NCBI RefSeq assembly: GCF_009914755.1
Contig: NC_060932.1
Source: the human T2T-CHM13v2.0 reference genome, Homo sapiens
Strand: one strand, 5' to 3'
DNA: 64,000 bases
Of this stretch, positions 48,565-63,131 are shown one piece after another. How positions within the stretch are numbered: position 1 is the stretch's first letter; each line of letters starts with the position of its first letter. The translations under genes were made by a program, and so were the position numbers. The notes under the pieces were generated by a model, which saw nothing but the letters and a program-made list of their open reading frames with translations, did not search any database and was not told the DNA's origin.

Positions 48565-48780
48565 TGGTTTTTATAAGCCAGACTTTTAAAATCAAATGAC
48601 TATCTATACTAAGTACAACTTAGTAAGAACTAAGTACTGGTTTTTTATAAGCCAGACTTTTAAAATCAAATGAGTAACTATACTAAGTACAACTTAGTAA
48701 GTAGTAAGTACTAAGTACTTAGTGGTACTACACTAAGTACCACTAAGTATTTAGTACAAGTACAACTAACTACAACTAAG
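48565..48780. repeat. 63-bp direct duplication followed by an ACTAAGTAC mosaic with a 22-bp inverted repeat
   Basis: Copies at 48565-48627 and 48638-48701; stem 48708-48729 / 48736-48757. Confidence 0.9.
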
Positions 48781-48806
48781 ACATGATCCCTTTACCAAGA
48801 TACTTG

Positions 48807-49015
48807 AACATTGGTGTTCAATGATCTGTTTGAATTTCTGCTTTCAATTCTCTAGATATAAACCAGAAGTGGAACTGCTAAGTCATATGGTAATTCTGTG
48901 TTTAACTTTTTGAGGAACCGCCAAACTGTTTTCTGTAGTGCTTGTACCATTGACAGTCTCACCAGCAGTAATTAAGTGTTTCAGTGTCTCCACATCCTCA
49001 CCAATGCCTGTTATC
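48807..49015 (-). mobile_element. Old L1 ORF2 3' fragment
   Basis: catatggtaattctgtgtttaactttttgaggaaccgccaaactgtttt. Confidence 0.8.
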
Positions 49016-49558
49016 ATCCTCTTTTGTGGGAACTGCTGGTCAACTGTAGCCTAATGAGAAAACATTAAATTTAGCATATTTCTCTTATGGAATTGAAGGG
49101 TTTCTGTCATGGAAAAAAATAGATGTTTGTTACTTCATGGCCATGTCTGAGGTACACACCTTGGCATCAGAACAGATTCTGAAATTAGAACCCACTGTAT
49201 GTTTATCCTTTCGTGTTTCTGCTAGCTGAGCTTCTCCAAGTCTTCAAGTCTCATTTCTCCTCTTTATAAAATGGGATTCTTGTGCCAGAATGGTTGAAAT
49301 AAATCTCATATATCTTCACCATTCATTAATAATGTGTAAAGGTTATGGCTGCTATTGTAGCACTTGTCCATAAAAATACAGGATGGTATTTTAGGTTAAA
49401 ATGTGATTAGGAGGTTAAAGGATTTATTGTCTTGATGCTTTGGCCTGTTCGGTAGATCAGTCTTGCCACCCTGAGCCTTAATATCAGTTACCCTTAATCA
49501 ATAGTTCCCTCTGTCTACATGGGCTCTACCTGCAGCCTTACCTATTTAGGTGGAAAGG

Positions 49559-49918
49559 TGTATTAGTCTGTTCTCACGCTGCTAATAAAGACATACCCAA
49601 GACTGGGTAATTTGTAAAGTAAAAGAGGTTTAATGGACTCACAGTTCCACATGGCCGGGGAGGCCTCACAATCACGGCAGAAGGCAAATGAGCAAAGTCA
49701 CATTTTACATGGTGGCAGGCAAGAGAGCATGTGCAGGGGAAATCCCCTTTTTAAAACCAACAGATCTCATGTCTTATTCACTATCTCCAGAACAGCACGG
49801 GAAAGACCTGCCCCCATGATTCAGTTACCTCCCACAGGGTCCCTCTCATGACACATGGGAATTATGGGAGCTACAATTCAAGATGAGATTTGGGTGGGAA
49901 CACAGCCAAACCATATCA
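49559..49918 (-). mobile_element. THE1 (THE1C-like) MaLR solo LTR
   Basis: tgtattagtctgttctcacgctgctaataaagacataccc...cagccaaaccatatca; TSD aaagg / gaagg. Confidence 0.95.
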
Positions 49919-50163
49919 GAAGGATACAAGAGAAAAGGCCCTGGTTTAATAACATGAGAGTTACAGTCAATGATGATTTTATATTGAGAATTCATCAATA
50001 AGTTTTTGTCATATTATGAATAATTATTAAGCCTATTTTGGATAAAACAACTTATTTATTCATTCTTTATTAGGAGTCTGAAGTCAGTTTCTGGTCCTGA
50101 CCCTGGAGAGGTCTGGGTTTTGTATTATACATACGCCCAGGCTCCTGCGGCATCTTTCCGCAG

Positions 50164-50256
50164 GCATCCTGCAGCATTCCGGGCCCACTGCAGGACTTGA
50201 CTGGCCACTGAACTTGACTTGTAGCCATACATTGATTATTCTCCTGGGATGGGAAG
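50164..50256 (+). pseudogene. Possible highly degraded EGF-type exon remnant
   Basis: After acceptor tctttccgcag, frame-shifted reading AHCR-LDWPLNLTCSHT-DYSPG loosely resembles the EGF that precedes a cbEGF; needs two frameshifts. Confidence 0.2.
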
Positions 50257-50838
50257 GCATCATTCTATTCTAGAACCCCATGGTTTTGGAGAAATGATGT
50301 TTTTCTGGCAATGCCCCAAGGAACCACACTTCTTTCTGCCAAACAAACAACAAACACCAAAATAAATCATTCCTGGTCCTGTGACTCATATTCTAAAGGG
50401 TCCCTGCCGTCGAGCTTTGAGAAATGATAATACTTGATCTAAATGTCACCAGTTATACCTGGGAAGCTTAAGTTGTTTCCATCACCTTGGACAGGTTGTC
50501 CCATGACACCAGTAGTGAAGTCCAGGCAGTAACATTTGTCATTCTGAGTTACACTCTGGCCAGCTTGACATGTGGCATCCCAATAAATGTTGCTAAAGTA
50601 ACATAAATCAATATTCTGTACCAGTCAAACGTCTGGGGTTCCTATACTGATGTGTCTGTTAAATTATATTCATGTGAGTGGGAACTCTATAGAGAAAGAG
50701 ACTGTCTATTCTGGCCCCTGGCTCAGTGACTTCCACATAGTACATATTCAGTGAGCATCTGGGAAGTGGCTCCGGAGAACAAAAATACTGAAAAGATTGT
50801 TCCTGGGTCCTCTCTAACTTAGGGATCTCTGTCATCAC

Positions 50839-50964
50839 ATGTAGACGAGTGCTCTCTGGCATGTGGTCCTAGCAACCGACTATGTCATGATACCCCAGGC
50901 TGTTACTCCTGTGGCTGTATTCAAGGTCACCAGCTCTACGATGGCAACAACTGTCCAGTTACAA
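50839..50964 (+). pseudogene. Pseudo-exon: calcium-binding EGF domain
   Basis: 126 nt, phase 1-1, (D)VDECSLACGPSNRLCHDTPGCYSCGCIQGHQLYDGNNCPVT; donor GTAAGT intact; acceptor position reads AC (50837-50838); Cys2 is Ser and two extra Cys are present. Confidence 0.9.
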
Positions 50965-51532
50965 GTAAGTTTCAATACTGGAGGCAAAGCCTGGCTCCTG
51001 CTCTATTCTTAGCAGTAATAGATAAAAGTGATATAGATGATTCATGTGAAAGTCTAGTATAGAAACGACTTTATTTTTTCCATAAGGAAGCTGCTATTGT
51101 AACATTCCTTGTTCTGTTTGAGGGTCAGTTGCTATTAAATGTCTTTAAAATAACGTCATCTATAAACTATAGAACTAGGTGCTCCAGAGACCCAGTCAAT
51201 ATAATCTCACCTTCTCCTGTGTTTCTTTACCACTGGGACACTTAATTACATTCAGCTACTGTGTATGAAGCATGGATAGGACTTCTGTTGAGGTGAGAGA
51301 GGAGCTGACTCTGAAACCAAGTAAGGCAGTAAAGTTCCGACGATGAGTTATAGTGTGTTGAGGTTCAGAGGAAGGAGGGGGAACTAAGGAGATCAACTAG
51401 CTTTCTTCTGCACACACAGTCCAGACTTCAGGGATAGGTAGATTTTGAGATAGGAGATGGGAAAACACCTTTAGTTAAAGGAAAAAGTGTGAAGTAAAGC
51501 TTCAAAGTAATGTGTCACTACTTCTAGTACAG

Positions 51533-51740
51533 CTGATAATGTTAAAATTCTTATAGCAGCAGATTGAAAGCTTGATGTCTTGGATCAACAAACAGGCACC
51601 TGTGAGATTCTCATATCTTTAAATTCAAGGCCAAGGTTGATTGCATATGATCTTGAGAGAAGCATGTGTATACTTCTAGGTGGATGAAGTCTTAAATGTG
51701 TTTGTCCTTGGGAAGTTGAACTCTATTCTCCTCTATCCAA
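51533..51740 (+). pseudogene. Pseudo-exon: start of a YWTD-type beta-propeller
   Basis: AG acceptor and GTATGT donor; DNVKILIAAD*KLDVLDQQTGTCEILISLNSRPRLIAYDLERSM-YF*VDEVLNVFVLGKLNSILLYP; stops at 51565 and 51677; removing a 4-nt insertion gives 204 nt, phase 1-1; IAYD...YF(W)VD fits a YWTD repeat. Confidence 0.8.
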
Positions 51741-52861
51741 GTATGTTTCTTGGTAGGAAGAGCCTTACCTTCTTCAAGCCACATAACCATAGTCTAAGAA
51801 GCATATGTATTTATCCGGACGATCTTCTTCTGTGACTCACCTGTCCTGAAGCATAAATGTATATATAATTTTGATTTGAGACTTCTATAATAACTATTGT
51901 CTAAAACTGAGGTCACATTCTCTTGGATTCCTCGGTTATGTTTCTGTTAAGGTCCTCCTCCTTCCTAATGGCCCTCTGTATGTTGGAAACACCTTAGCAC
52001 ATCTCTGGCCATTATTCCTTTTGTCCTATTTCCCTCACTGTAGTATGTGAAATTAGAAAATGCAGAAAAGTTGTGCTGTCTGTTATCCAGGCCTGTTTAT
52101 AGATGGCAGGGTTTCTGACAAGCCATCAGCATATAGTTTTCAGCTCATCTTTACATTGAGTGTGCCAGTGTCAGTGTTGTTTTTTCTTGAGCATGTTATT
52201 CATATTGAAAATTGATGCTAGAAAATACAGACGAAATTTCTAGTGAAAAATGGGAGGCTTCCAAAATTCTGTTTCAGAACTAGAGTGCATGCCTTTAAGA
52301 ACCAGTGTAGCATTGCTCAAGGAACATTCTGTGACCCTGAGCTTTCAACCTTGAATCTGTGCAGTGCCAAGGCTAAATTTATAACTCCAGAGGAAGGTGC
52401 ATGTTCTCTGCAAGTGGCAGAGCCCAACAAAGGGGTCAAACCAAATATGGCCAGCCTCATCTTAACAATTTCCAATAATTTCTAAGTCACTTCTCCTTTC
52501 CTGGGTAGGAGTAACTTCATGGATGTGGGAGTATACAGAAATGTAATTTTATGGAAGTTCCTCCATATGCAAGTGCGAGGAAATAGTAAAGAAATTCTCC
52601 CACTCTAACACCCAGTATGTAGGAAGAATTTTACAGCATGTCAAGCCCTGGGGGTATCAGCGTCCTCATTCTGCTACTCCAGCCCCACCTTCATGCTTTG
52701 CCTGTTTGTCAACATCCCTGGTAGTTAATATTTGAGTTCTTACTATAATACCTATTGATGTGCTGGGAAATGTTTAACAATCAGCTCTCTGGGAAAAAAA
52801 TATGTGCACATATATACCTACATCTGTTTATAATTAAGTGTACTGTATAAAGGATATGTAA

Positions 52862-53543
<682 letters not shown>

Positions 53544-53968
53544 ATGATATTTGTTATTACAAATTTCATATAGCTAACTGATTTTCACAGACTGCTTTTT
53601 TATTTGGAATTCTTAGATCAGAAGCCAATCTATGGTTACAATTCAAGATTTAACAAAAGCGATGAATAAGTGCTTGATTACTATCTGAGTAGGCAAAGAA
53701 GTCAGTGCGTGAGTGTTCTTGACATGAATGTTTTTTGATGATTTTATTTCCATAAACAAGTGAGATGAAAGTGAAGCAATGAAGACTTGTGGGAATTAGT
53801 CCATCAGTGACATAAATGACTTCTTTGCTGAACTGGATAATAGATTTCAAATACTATGGCAATATTTCCTCAATTTTTTATGGTATTTAAAATTTAATGG
53901 TTATAGACACAATACACATATATTTAGTCTGCCTCATTAATACTTCACCACTTCCTTTAAGTCTAGAC

Positions 53969-54162
53969 TAGGGATTGGCCAACTTTTTCTCCAAAAGGTC
54001 AGATAGTAAATATTTTAGGCTTGGTGGATTCTCTGCCATTGTCTCACAGAATTAGCCATTGATAACATGTGAGTGAATGGCCATAGCTTTACTCTGCTAA
54101 AACTTTACAAAAACAGGCATTAGGCTGAGTTTGGCTCAAGGGCCATTGTTTGCCATTTCCTG
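53969..54162. mobile_element. MER58A hAT-Charlie MITE
   Basis: aaaggtcagatagtaaatattttaggctt motif; 8-bp TSD gtctagac / gtctagaa. Confidence 0.85.
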
Positions 54163-54429
54163 GTCTAGAAATCAAAATGAAAAAAAAAAAAAAAATGAAA
54201 TCCCCGTTTGTAGTGTTTGCCAATTATCAGGGTGTAAATACTCCCACGATGCCAGATTTCAAGCTCCCAATGTAACATTAAACATACAATTGGGAAGGAA
54301 TGTGCAGTAGCAAACCTTGACATGGCATTTCCACCATATGCACACAAAAGACACAATTAAATGGGACCCATGCTTTCTCCCATCATAGGTGACTTGTTCA
54401 GTATTAGTTAATAAGAACTTGACTCTTAG

Positions 54430-54959
54430 GGTTGCAAAGTCTGAGTCTTCTCTTTTTTTCTTTTTTTTGAGACAGAGTCTCACTCTATCGCCCATGCTGG
54501 AGTGCAGTGGCGTGATCTCGGCTCACTGCAACCTCCGCTTCCTGGGTTCAAGTGATTCTCCTGCCTCAGCCTCCTGAGTAGCTGGGACTATAGGCACCCA
54601 CCACCATGCCCAGCTAATTTTTGTATTTTTAGTAGAGACGGGGTTTCACCATGTTGGCCAGGATGGTCTCAATCTCTTGACTTTGTGATCTGCCCACCTC
54701 GGCCTCCCAAAATGTTGAGATTACAGGCGTGAGCCACTGCGCCCAGGTAGTCTGAGTCTTCTAAGAAATAGAAATAAAACACACTCTTTAAACAAATCCT
54801 GGAGCAACGGGATTAGAGGAGCCTACGAGTCCTACCTGGTGACTATGGACAAAGCCGCTCTTGTGCTGTGGAACAAGAGGACGCAGCAGCCTTCTCGGTG
54901 TTGAAAGAGCCATATATAAAGAAAATGATCATCTTGGCAGACAACCAGGAGGTGGCCAG
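54430..54959 (+). pseudogene. Pseudo-exon (putative propeller C-terminal region) split by an Alu
   Basis: Acceptor cttgactcttAG; removing the Alu and one TSD gives [72 protein letters not shown] with a frameshift near 54891; 3' boundary uncertain. Confidence 0.6.
54452..54748 (-). mobile_element. AluSc-type element inside the pseudo-exon
   Basis: Perfect TSD agtctgagtcttct (54438-54451 / 54749-54762); ggatggtctcaatctcttgac and 2-bp deletion diagnostics. Confidence 0.95.
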
Positions 54960-55379
54960 CTAGCCTTCCTCTGTGGGGTTATTCTTTGAGATCCACTTTA
55001 CCTGTCTCTTTTCAGTGTGTTTTTCTAGGATAAAATCCTGGGCATCTTTATGTTTGCACTGGCAGTGGTCCCAACCCACAATTCTTCAGGCCTTCTCTCT
55101 AAGTTGTCTATGTTCTGGAAATTTCCCAAAGGCTAAAGTTAGTAGGCTGGGAAGGAAAAAACTCCTTGCCCAAATTCACTGTGAGTTGATGATAGGCTAA
55201 CGTACCACACTTAACCTAAGGATCCAGGCTTTGGGTCAGTTGCACATTTTCTTCCTGTGAGATAGAAAAATGTATGTACGCAGCCATGACGTGATTTTCT
55301 GAAGGAGGGGGACAGTAGGGGCACGTGCCCATTGCTGGAACCTACTGGACTGACTTGCTGAAGCAGCTGTTTGCTTTGG

Positions 55380-55579
55380 ATCCCGGGGTTGAAGGAGCAG
55401 CCCCAACCACCGCTCCTGCTCCTCCCGCTCCTCCTCCGTCACATGTGCTTTGCATCCATCCTCTGTTCCCTGTGGGAACGGGGAGGAACGTGTTTCTTGG
55501 GAGCACCTCCATGATGGCACATGCACCTGTCAGGATGGCTCAGATAAAGAGTGATCCTCCCAGTCCTGCCACAGGCCAG
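55380..55579 (+). pseudogene. Pseudo-exon: Pro/Ala linker plus LDL-receptor class A repeat
   Basis: DPGVEGAAPTTAPAPPAPPPSHVLCI-SSVPCGNGEERVSWEHLHDGTCTCQDGSDKE*SSQSCHRPG; stop at 55552; 200 nt (+1 restores 201, phase 1-1); acceptor position reads GG; GT donor at 55580. Confidence 0.8.
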
Positions 55580-56085
55580 GTCTGCCACCGTCTTCTCTTC
55601 TCAGGCTTCTGTCCAGGCACATTGACTCAGCTTTGAGTGCATGGTATGAATTTCCTGAGTGTTTACTATGATCATACTAACTGTCCCTAGACAAATTAAT
55701 GTGGATGAAAGCCATCGCATGTCAGAATACTGAATCTGTGCGTGTTTGTTTTATCACAATTAAGTGTTTTACCAGGTATAACTTGAGGGGCAAAGAGAAC
55801 TCACAATGCGGCCCTGAATGAGTCGGAGTTCCCCTCAGTTTTTCTTAAGCCATCCAACATCTGAACTCCTAGGCTTCTAAAACCATCCTTATCCATGAAG
55901 AAAGAATCTCCAGTCATTCAGTATCTAGTTGAGTAAAAGGAATTAAATTGAAGAGCAATCTAATTTGGGGAAAACATTTGGGTCCCGTAACTCTGATAAT
56001 GTATTTGCAAGAAGTTTGCAGAAGACCTTTAAGAAACCTAATAACTCAGTATGCTTTTCAGGGAGGTGGTGGGAATATTCCACAG

Positions 56086-56324
56086 GTAGTAACAGGTGCT
56101 CAAAAGACCATGGAGGATGTGGCCATATTTGTATCCCAGACCCTGAAGGACAGATTCTTAGATGTCCCAGGGAGTCCTACGAGGCTGATGCAAACACATG
56201 CACTGGAGCCGTTGTCTGCTTGGCACCGTCACATCCTGTAAGGATGCTCAGACATGCATTTCCATGGGGCAAGTTTATGATGGTCCTGCTGACTGTGTGG
56301 ATGCATCTGGTAACATGGGCTGGA
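56086..56324 (+). pseudogene. Pseudo-exon: EGF repeat plus LDL-receptor class A repeat
   Basis: ttccacAG acceptor, GTAATT donor; GSNRCSKDHGGCGHICIPDPEGQILRCPRESYEADANTCTGAVVCLAPS-SCKDAQTCISMGQVYDGPADCVDASGNMGW; 239 nt (+1 restores 240, phase 1-1). Confidence 0.9.
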
Positions 56325-56521
56325 GTAATTTATTCATCACCACGCATGACTTATTTTTATTAATATCTAATTCTGCAATATTCCTCAAGTTTTCATCCTA
56401 TAAATTATTACCTTGTTAATACTGTGGGTTCTTTAAACTGAACAAGATGAAATATCTAACTATCGGCAACAGATATAGACTATGAGGACTCCAGAAAATT
56501 CATGTGCTCTCTGATTCTATT

Positions 56522-56834
<313 letters not shown>

Positions 56835-57164
56835 TTGATTCTATTTTAGAACAGACAATAGGATAGTGAGCTCCAAAGGGCTAGACTATTTGTATGTTGT
56901 CTCAGAGAACATGCTCTTGATGTAGATTTGATTCAGTCAATTTAAATAGATCACATTGTGACGATAGCCAGGGGTGAAGGAGGTTGGACAAACTATTTGA
57001 CCCGCCTTGGTGTTCCTCCTTTTAAAAGTGGAAACAGCACTTTCTGCCTTGTAGGGTTGTTAAGGAACACAAAGAATGTGGAGAAAGCTGTCCTGTTACA
57101 ACTTGATACTGTCATGTTCATACTCGAATACTAGCTGCAGATGGTTACAGAAATATCCTGCCAA

Positions 57165-57284
57165 GGCGAATCTCTTGAACCAGGGAGTCGGAGGTTTCAG
57201 TGAGCTGAGATTGCGTCACTGCACTCCAGCCTGCTTGGTGACAGAGCGAGACTCCGTCTCAAAAACAAACAAACAAACGAAAAA
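57165..57284 (+). mobile_element. Severely 5'-truncated Alu
   Basis: Last ~95 bp of the right monomer plus (CAAA)n tail; TSD agaaatatcctgccaa / agaaataccttgccaa. Confidence 0.9.
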
Positions 57285-58553
57285 GAAATACCTTGCCAAA
57301 TAGGGTCTTCACGGAAAGGTGTTGTCACGGGCCGTCAGTTGAGCAACTGTAATATCCAATTCTTCTGTAACCACCATCCTCTAATTCTACAGCTCCAGCT
57401 CCAATGGTATCTAAGATTTATAAGCTATAGAATAGAAGAGACAGTGAGCTCAGTATTGAATCTGGTCATAACTAGTAAAGAAAAAGATTTGGAACGGGAA
57501 TCTTATAGTCAATAGTTCTCATTGACTTCACAATTTAAATTCTCTTCTTCCTAAAACTTCACTAGCTAGACGTCCAAGCAGTTATGACCCCTAGTCACAT
57601 CATCTTAAATAGGAAAAGAAAATGAATTTTGACTCCCAGAGTTGAATCTAGATGCTAGCAAATGAAGATGCTTTTGTGGAAGACCCTGTGTTGCTGTCAC
57701 CCGATGCGGGGGGTCATTGAGTGGGGGAATTTGTTACCTTCACCACTTGGTTTTAAAACTAAACCAGAAATCTGATGTACTTCCACTTGCTTTTTCATTC
57801 CTGATGGCCTAGGCCAAAGAATTGGCTCTGCTCCTTAATAATTAAGTCACCCTGAGTTTTACATAAAGCTTTGAGAGGGTTGAGGGGAAGGGTAGCAGGT
57901 GTATAAAGTTAGGCTGGCTTCCTCTGGATATACCCTGCCACAGAGGTCCCCCAGCTGCACAGGAGTGGAAATAGCCCGGTGATACCAGCTTAAGGCAGAG
58001 GCAAGATGTAGTTTTATTGCTAATACTGCTGTCTTCCTACCCAGCTGTTTTGCCTGTAGCGTTCACGAGGGGGAGTAATTCTTGTGCCAATAATAATAAG
58101 GAATATGGTGAAATCACTTAAACACAACTTTAATTTTTGGATTTCTCTTTTGTTAGAAGCATGCTGTTGGCTACTTCCTGCCTTATGTGTGCACCTTCTA
58201 CCACTTCCACCAGATCCGTTTCCATATCTGCAACTTATAGATTTGCTGAACCTACAATTTACGTGGATTCACAATATAAAAATAATTCCAGATACACCTA
58301 CTTACATGGGAAAAATATTTCTAGTCCATTTACTCACCACTTTGATCTACCACATGAATCCTTATAGAATATAACTTTGGTTAAAACTATGCATATGGCC
58401 ATTTAAAAATAGATTGGTATGATAAATAGACTGCAGTGGTCCTGAAACCAAATATTTTAAGTGTCTTAAGTTATATAGTTTTAAAAATATATATAAACTT
58501 TTGATTGTTTTTCTGTTTGACCAAAAGTAATGGCAGTGATATTGATTTCATAA

Positions 58554-58922
<369 letters not shown>

Positions 58923-60257
58923 TAACAAATATGTATGCATATATATCCACACCTCACTACTTGTGTTTGTACGTACCTTGTCCATCACTTAAGTCCATCA
59001 CTCTGTCTCTGTGACTGGTGGACAGAGCAAGCATCATTAAGTTGCCCCAGAGGCTCAGCTGTATCTCAGAGAAACCATGTCAGCTTCACCAAACTCTCAA
59101 CTTGTCATACACAGAATGAATCTTACTATCTTCTCCCAAGAGCCAAGCTCACTGATAATTTTGCTTTAGGTAAATCTCTCCCTATGCACAAAATGCATAA
59201 AATGACATGAAAAAATCAGGCTCAAAAGCATGTACAAATGATGTACTACAGGACGATCACTTTGTCTGGACAGATTTAAGTTAGTGCCTTGGCCTCCTTT
59301 GGACCTTAAGCCTTCCACCAGCCTTTCAGGGCTTGTGTTCCAGCTAGCTCAGCTGACTTCCCCAGGCTCTGTGAGAAATGTTACCCTCAGCCTCTCTCTT
59401 CTGCTCTGCAGGTCTCATTTCCTACTTGGATCCAAGAAACACCTGCCATTTCCTCTTCCTGGGAAGGTTGCTGACTATATGCAGCCACATCCCTGTATAT
59501 CAGATATGTACCCTCTTCCCCTTGCTCTGTCCCTGGCTTATTTATACTATACCTTTTTTTTCCTATCTTTGGTCTCCTATGAATGTATGCCTAGGTGTTA
59601 CCCTACCAGAACCTAGTTTAATATATCCTGTTATTATGCTTTCTCCATTCAAGAATTTACAAAACACATCCAAATGTCTGTTTTATCAGAAATACTTGAT
59701 CTTGTAGATGGATACTCAAGATTTTATATTTAAAAATTCTTAGCCATCCCTGTCCCCTAAATAGATTTTCATACATCAATTTTCTAACTGTATCTATTTG
59801 TAGAAATGTCTTGTTATCAATTTTAAGAGCCTTCTGTTGTGATCATCTCTACATTACATGTTGGTTTCTCACTTAATTTCTCTACGCCCAATAGATGGAG
59901 CAGTGAGCCTGTGGCAGATGCAAAATCTGAATTTCATTCTAGAAACTCAACTTCTGTAATATAGTAATAGGTTTGGGTTTTCTTCTGGAAAAACAAGACG
60001 CTTTAGAAAAGTTAATTGGTTCGTGCATTAAGCTGAAAGAGCTCCACACAACGCTTGACTTTTTGTGTATCTAGCAATTAAGAGTTAGATTAAGCACTTT
60101 ATGTTCATTCTCTTTAGGAAGTAAATGGGTGATGGTCATGGATGGTGAGGGGGAAGTACTAAGTTTCTACTGTTTTAACTACCGAGGAATAGCGACGGAA
60201 TTCAGAGAAACCAGGAACTAGAATATAGAGTTTGTTGGGTTCAGACTAATAATTAGC

Positions 60258-60460
60258 TTTTGTTTGTTTGTGTTATGTTTTGTTTTTGAGATGGGGTTTC
60301 ACTTGGTCCAGCTCAGGCTGGAGTGCAGTGGTGCAGTCATGGCTGTCTGCAGCTTTGACCTCCTGGGCTCAGGCAATCCTTGAGTAATTTGCCGTCAAAT
60401 TGCCCCTCAGCCTCCTGAGTAGTTGGGACTACAGGTGTGAGCCACCACACCCAGCGAATT
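60258..60460 (-). mobile_element. Alu right-monomer fragment
   Basis: Right arm only, ~20-bp foreign insertion near 60381-60400, abuts the L1. Confidence 0.8.
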
Positions 60461-61600
<1,140 letters not shown>

Positions 61601-62272
61601 AATTTTACACATCATTCAGCTTCCTCAGGCTCCACTGTTCAAATTTTACTTCTCTCCTCTCAGCCTCCTTTAATTCTTAACTGCCACCCTCAGAATAAAT
61701 TTAGAGAGGCCCTTTGAAAATATCTAATTCATTCTTCCCAGTTTAATGGATGAGGAAACAGAAGCCCAGCAAGGGCAAGGCTTACCCTCTTGGGAGACAG
61801 GTATCATCAAAGTTCTAGAAAAATTGCAGTGATCTTGTCTAGCCTCCCTCAGCCCCGTGGTGAGAGCAGCTCTTTGGGAGCCACTGTGAATAGCAAACAT
61901 GGTGGTGGGGGAGAAGTGTCAGTGGCTTCAGGCTCCATGTCACTTTCTCTATGCAAAACAATGGAGAGTCATTTGGTACCTGTGAAAGGCATCTCCTGGC
62001 TTCCCAGGCTCTCAACCCAGCTTATTGGTCACATTGCTTTACAAGAGGGGCTGCTGGCTCACCTTGTCAGCGCCTTGGTATAACTTGGGCCACCAGTAGG
62101 ACAAGAGTTAAATGGGTTCAATCAAGTCTTAAGCCATTCTCTCCATGTGCCACTGAAGAATCAAGTCCCCTTGTCAGCACTGTCCCCCCTGCTAAGCTCT
62201 GTCTATATTTTCCTTGATTTGAACAAATGAAACCTCATTTTCATGTGTTCAGTCCTGCTTAGTGGAGGACTA

Positions 62273-62600
<328 letters not shown>

Positions 62601-62627
62601 GAAATTGCTTATTTTTGATTCTGGAAA

Positions 62628-63131
62628 TGTTACCCCCCCAAAATCAGGGTTTGTTGGTCCGATGAATAACAAACCACGCTCCTTGAGAACGCAGGTGTGT
62701 GATCAATAGGAGTTTTATTACTTGGCACAAGGAAGAGGGGCACTGGGATTATTCTCCAAAGCAGTGTCTCCCAGAGGGAATGTGACAGGAGGGTTTTAAG
62801 GGGTAATGGAGACAGGAGGGACTGCGTCGCATGCCGAGGAGGGGTCCCAGTGGCACCAATGCAGTGAGTCCTCATGCCAGCACATAGGTCGCATGTGGTT
62901 GCTGCTGAAGCTGCTCTTCCCCTGGGGTGGAGACTATAGAATGGCCATGAGGAAAGTTCACCGAATTCATCTAAAAGTTGTTGGGGCCTGTCAGGAGCTG
63001 CTTTAACCTGCTGGGTGACCACGCAGGGTCTAGGAAGAAACAGACTGCAGGGCACGAGGCTGCAAAACAGGCTGATTGCTCAAGTTGATTAAATTCCTAG
63101 AATCCCCAGAGACCCTCCCTGTCTGCTTATG
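62628..63131 (-). mobile_element. ERV solo LTR (probably ERV1 class; family not determined)
   Basis: ~500 bp starting TGTTAC, flanked by direct repeat (g)gaaa; minus-strand AATAAA at ~62714-62719. Confidence 0.65.

Noticed and set aside
55343-55354. Literal YWTD in ORF 55325-55636
   Set aside because: It lies just upstream of the inferred acceptor (55378-55379) and lacks the preceding GLAVD-type repeat context; probably an intronic coincidence, so it was not used as evidence.
58137-58367. Ser/Thr-rich ORF as a possible O-linked sugar domain exon
   Set aside because: Low-complexity similarity only; not supportable without an orthologue alignment.
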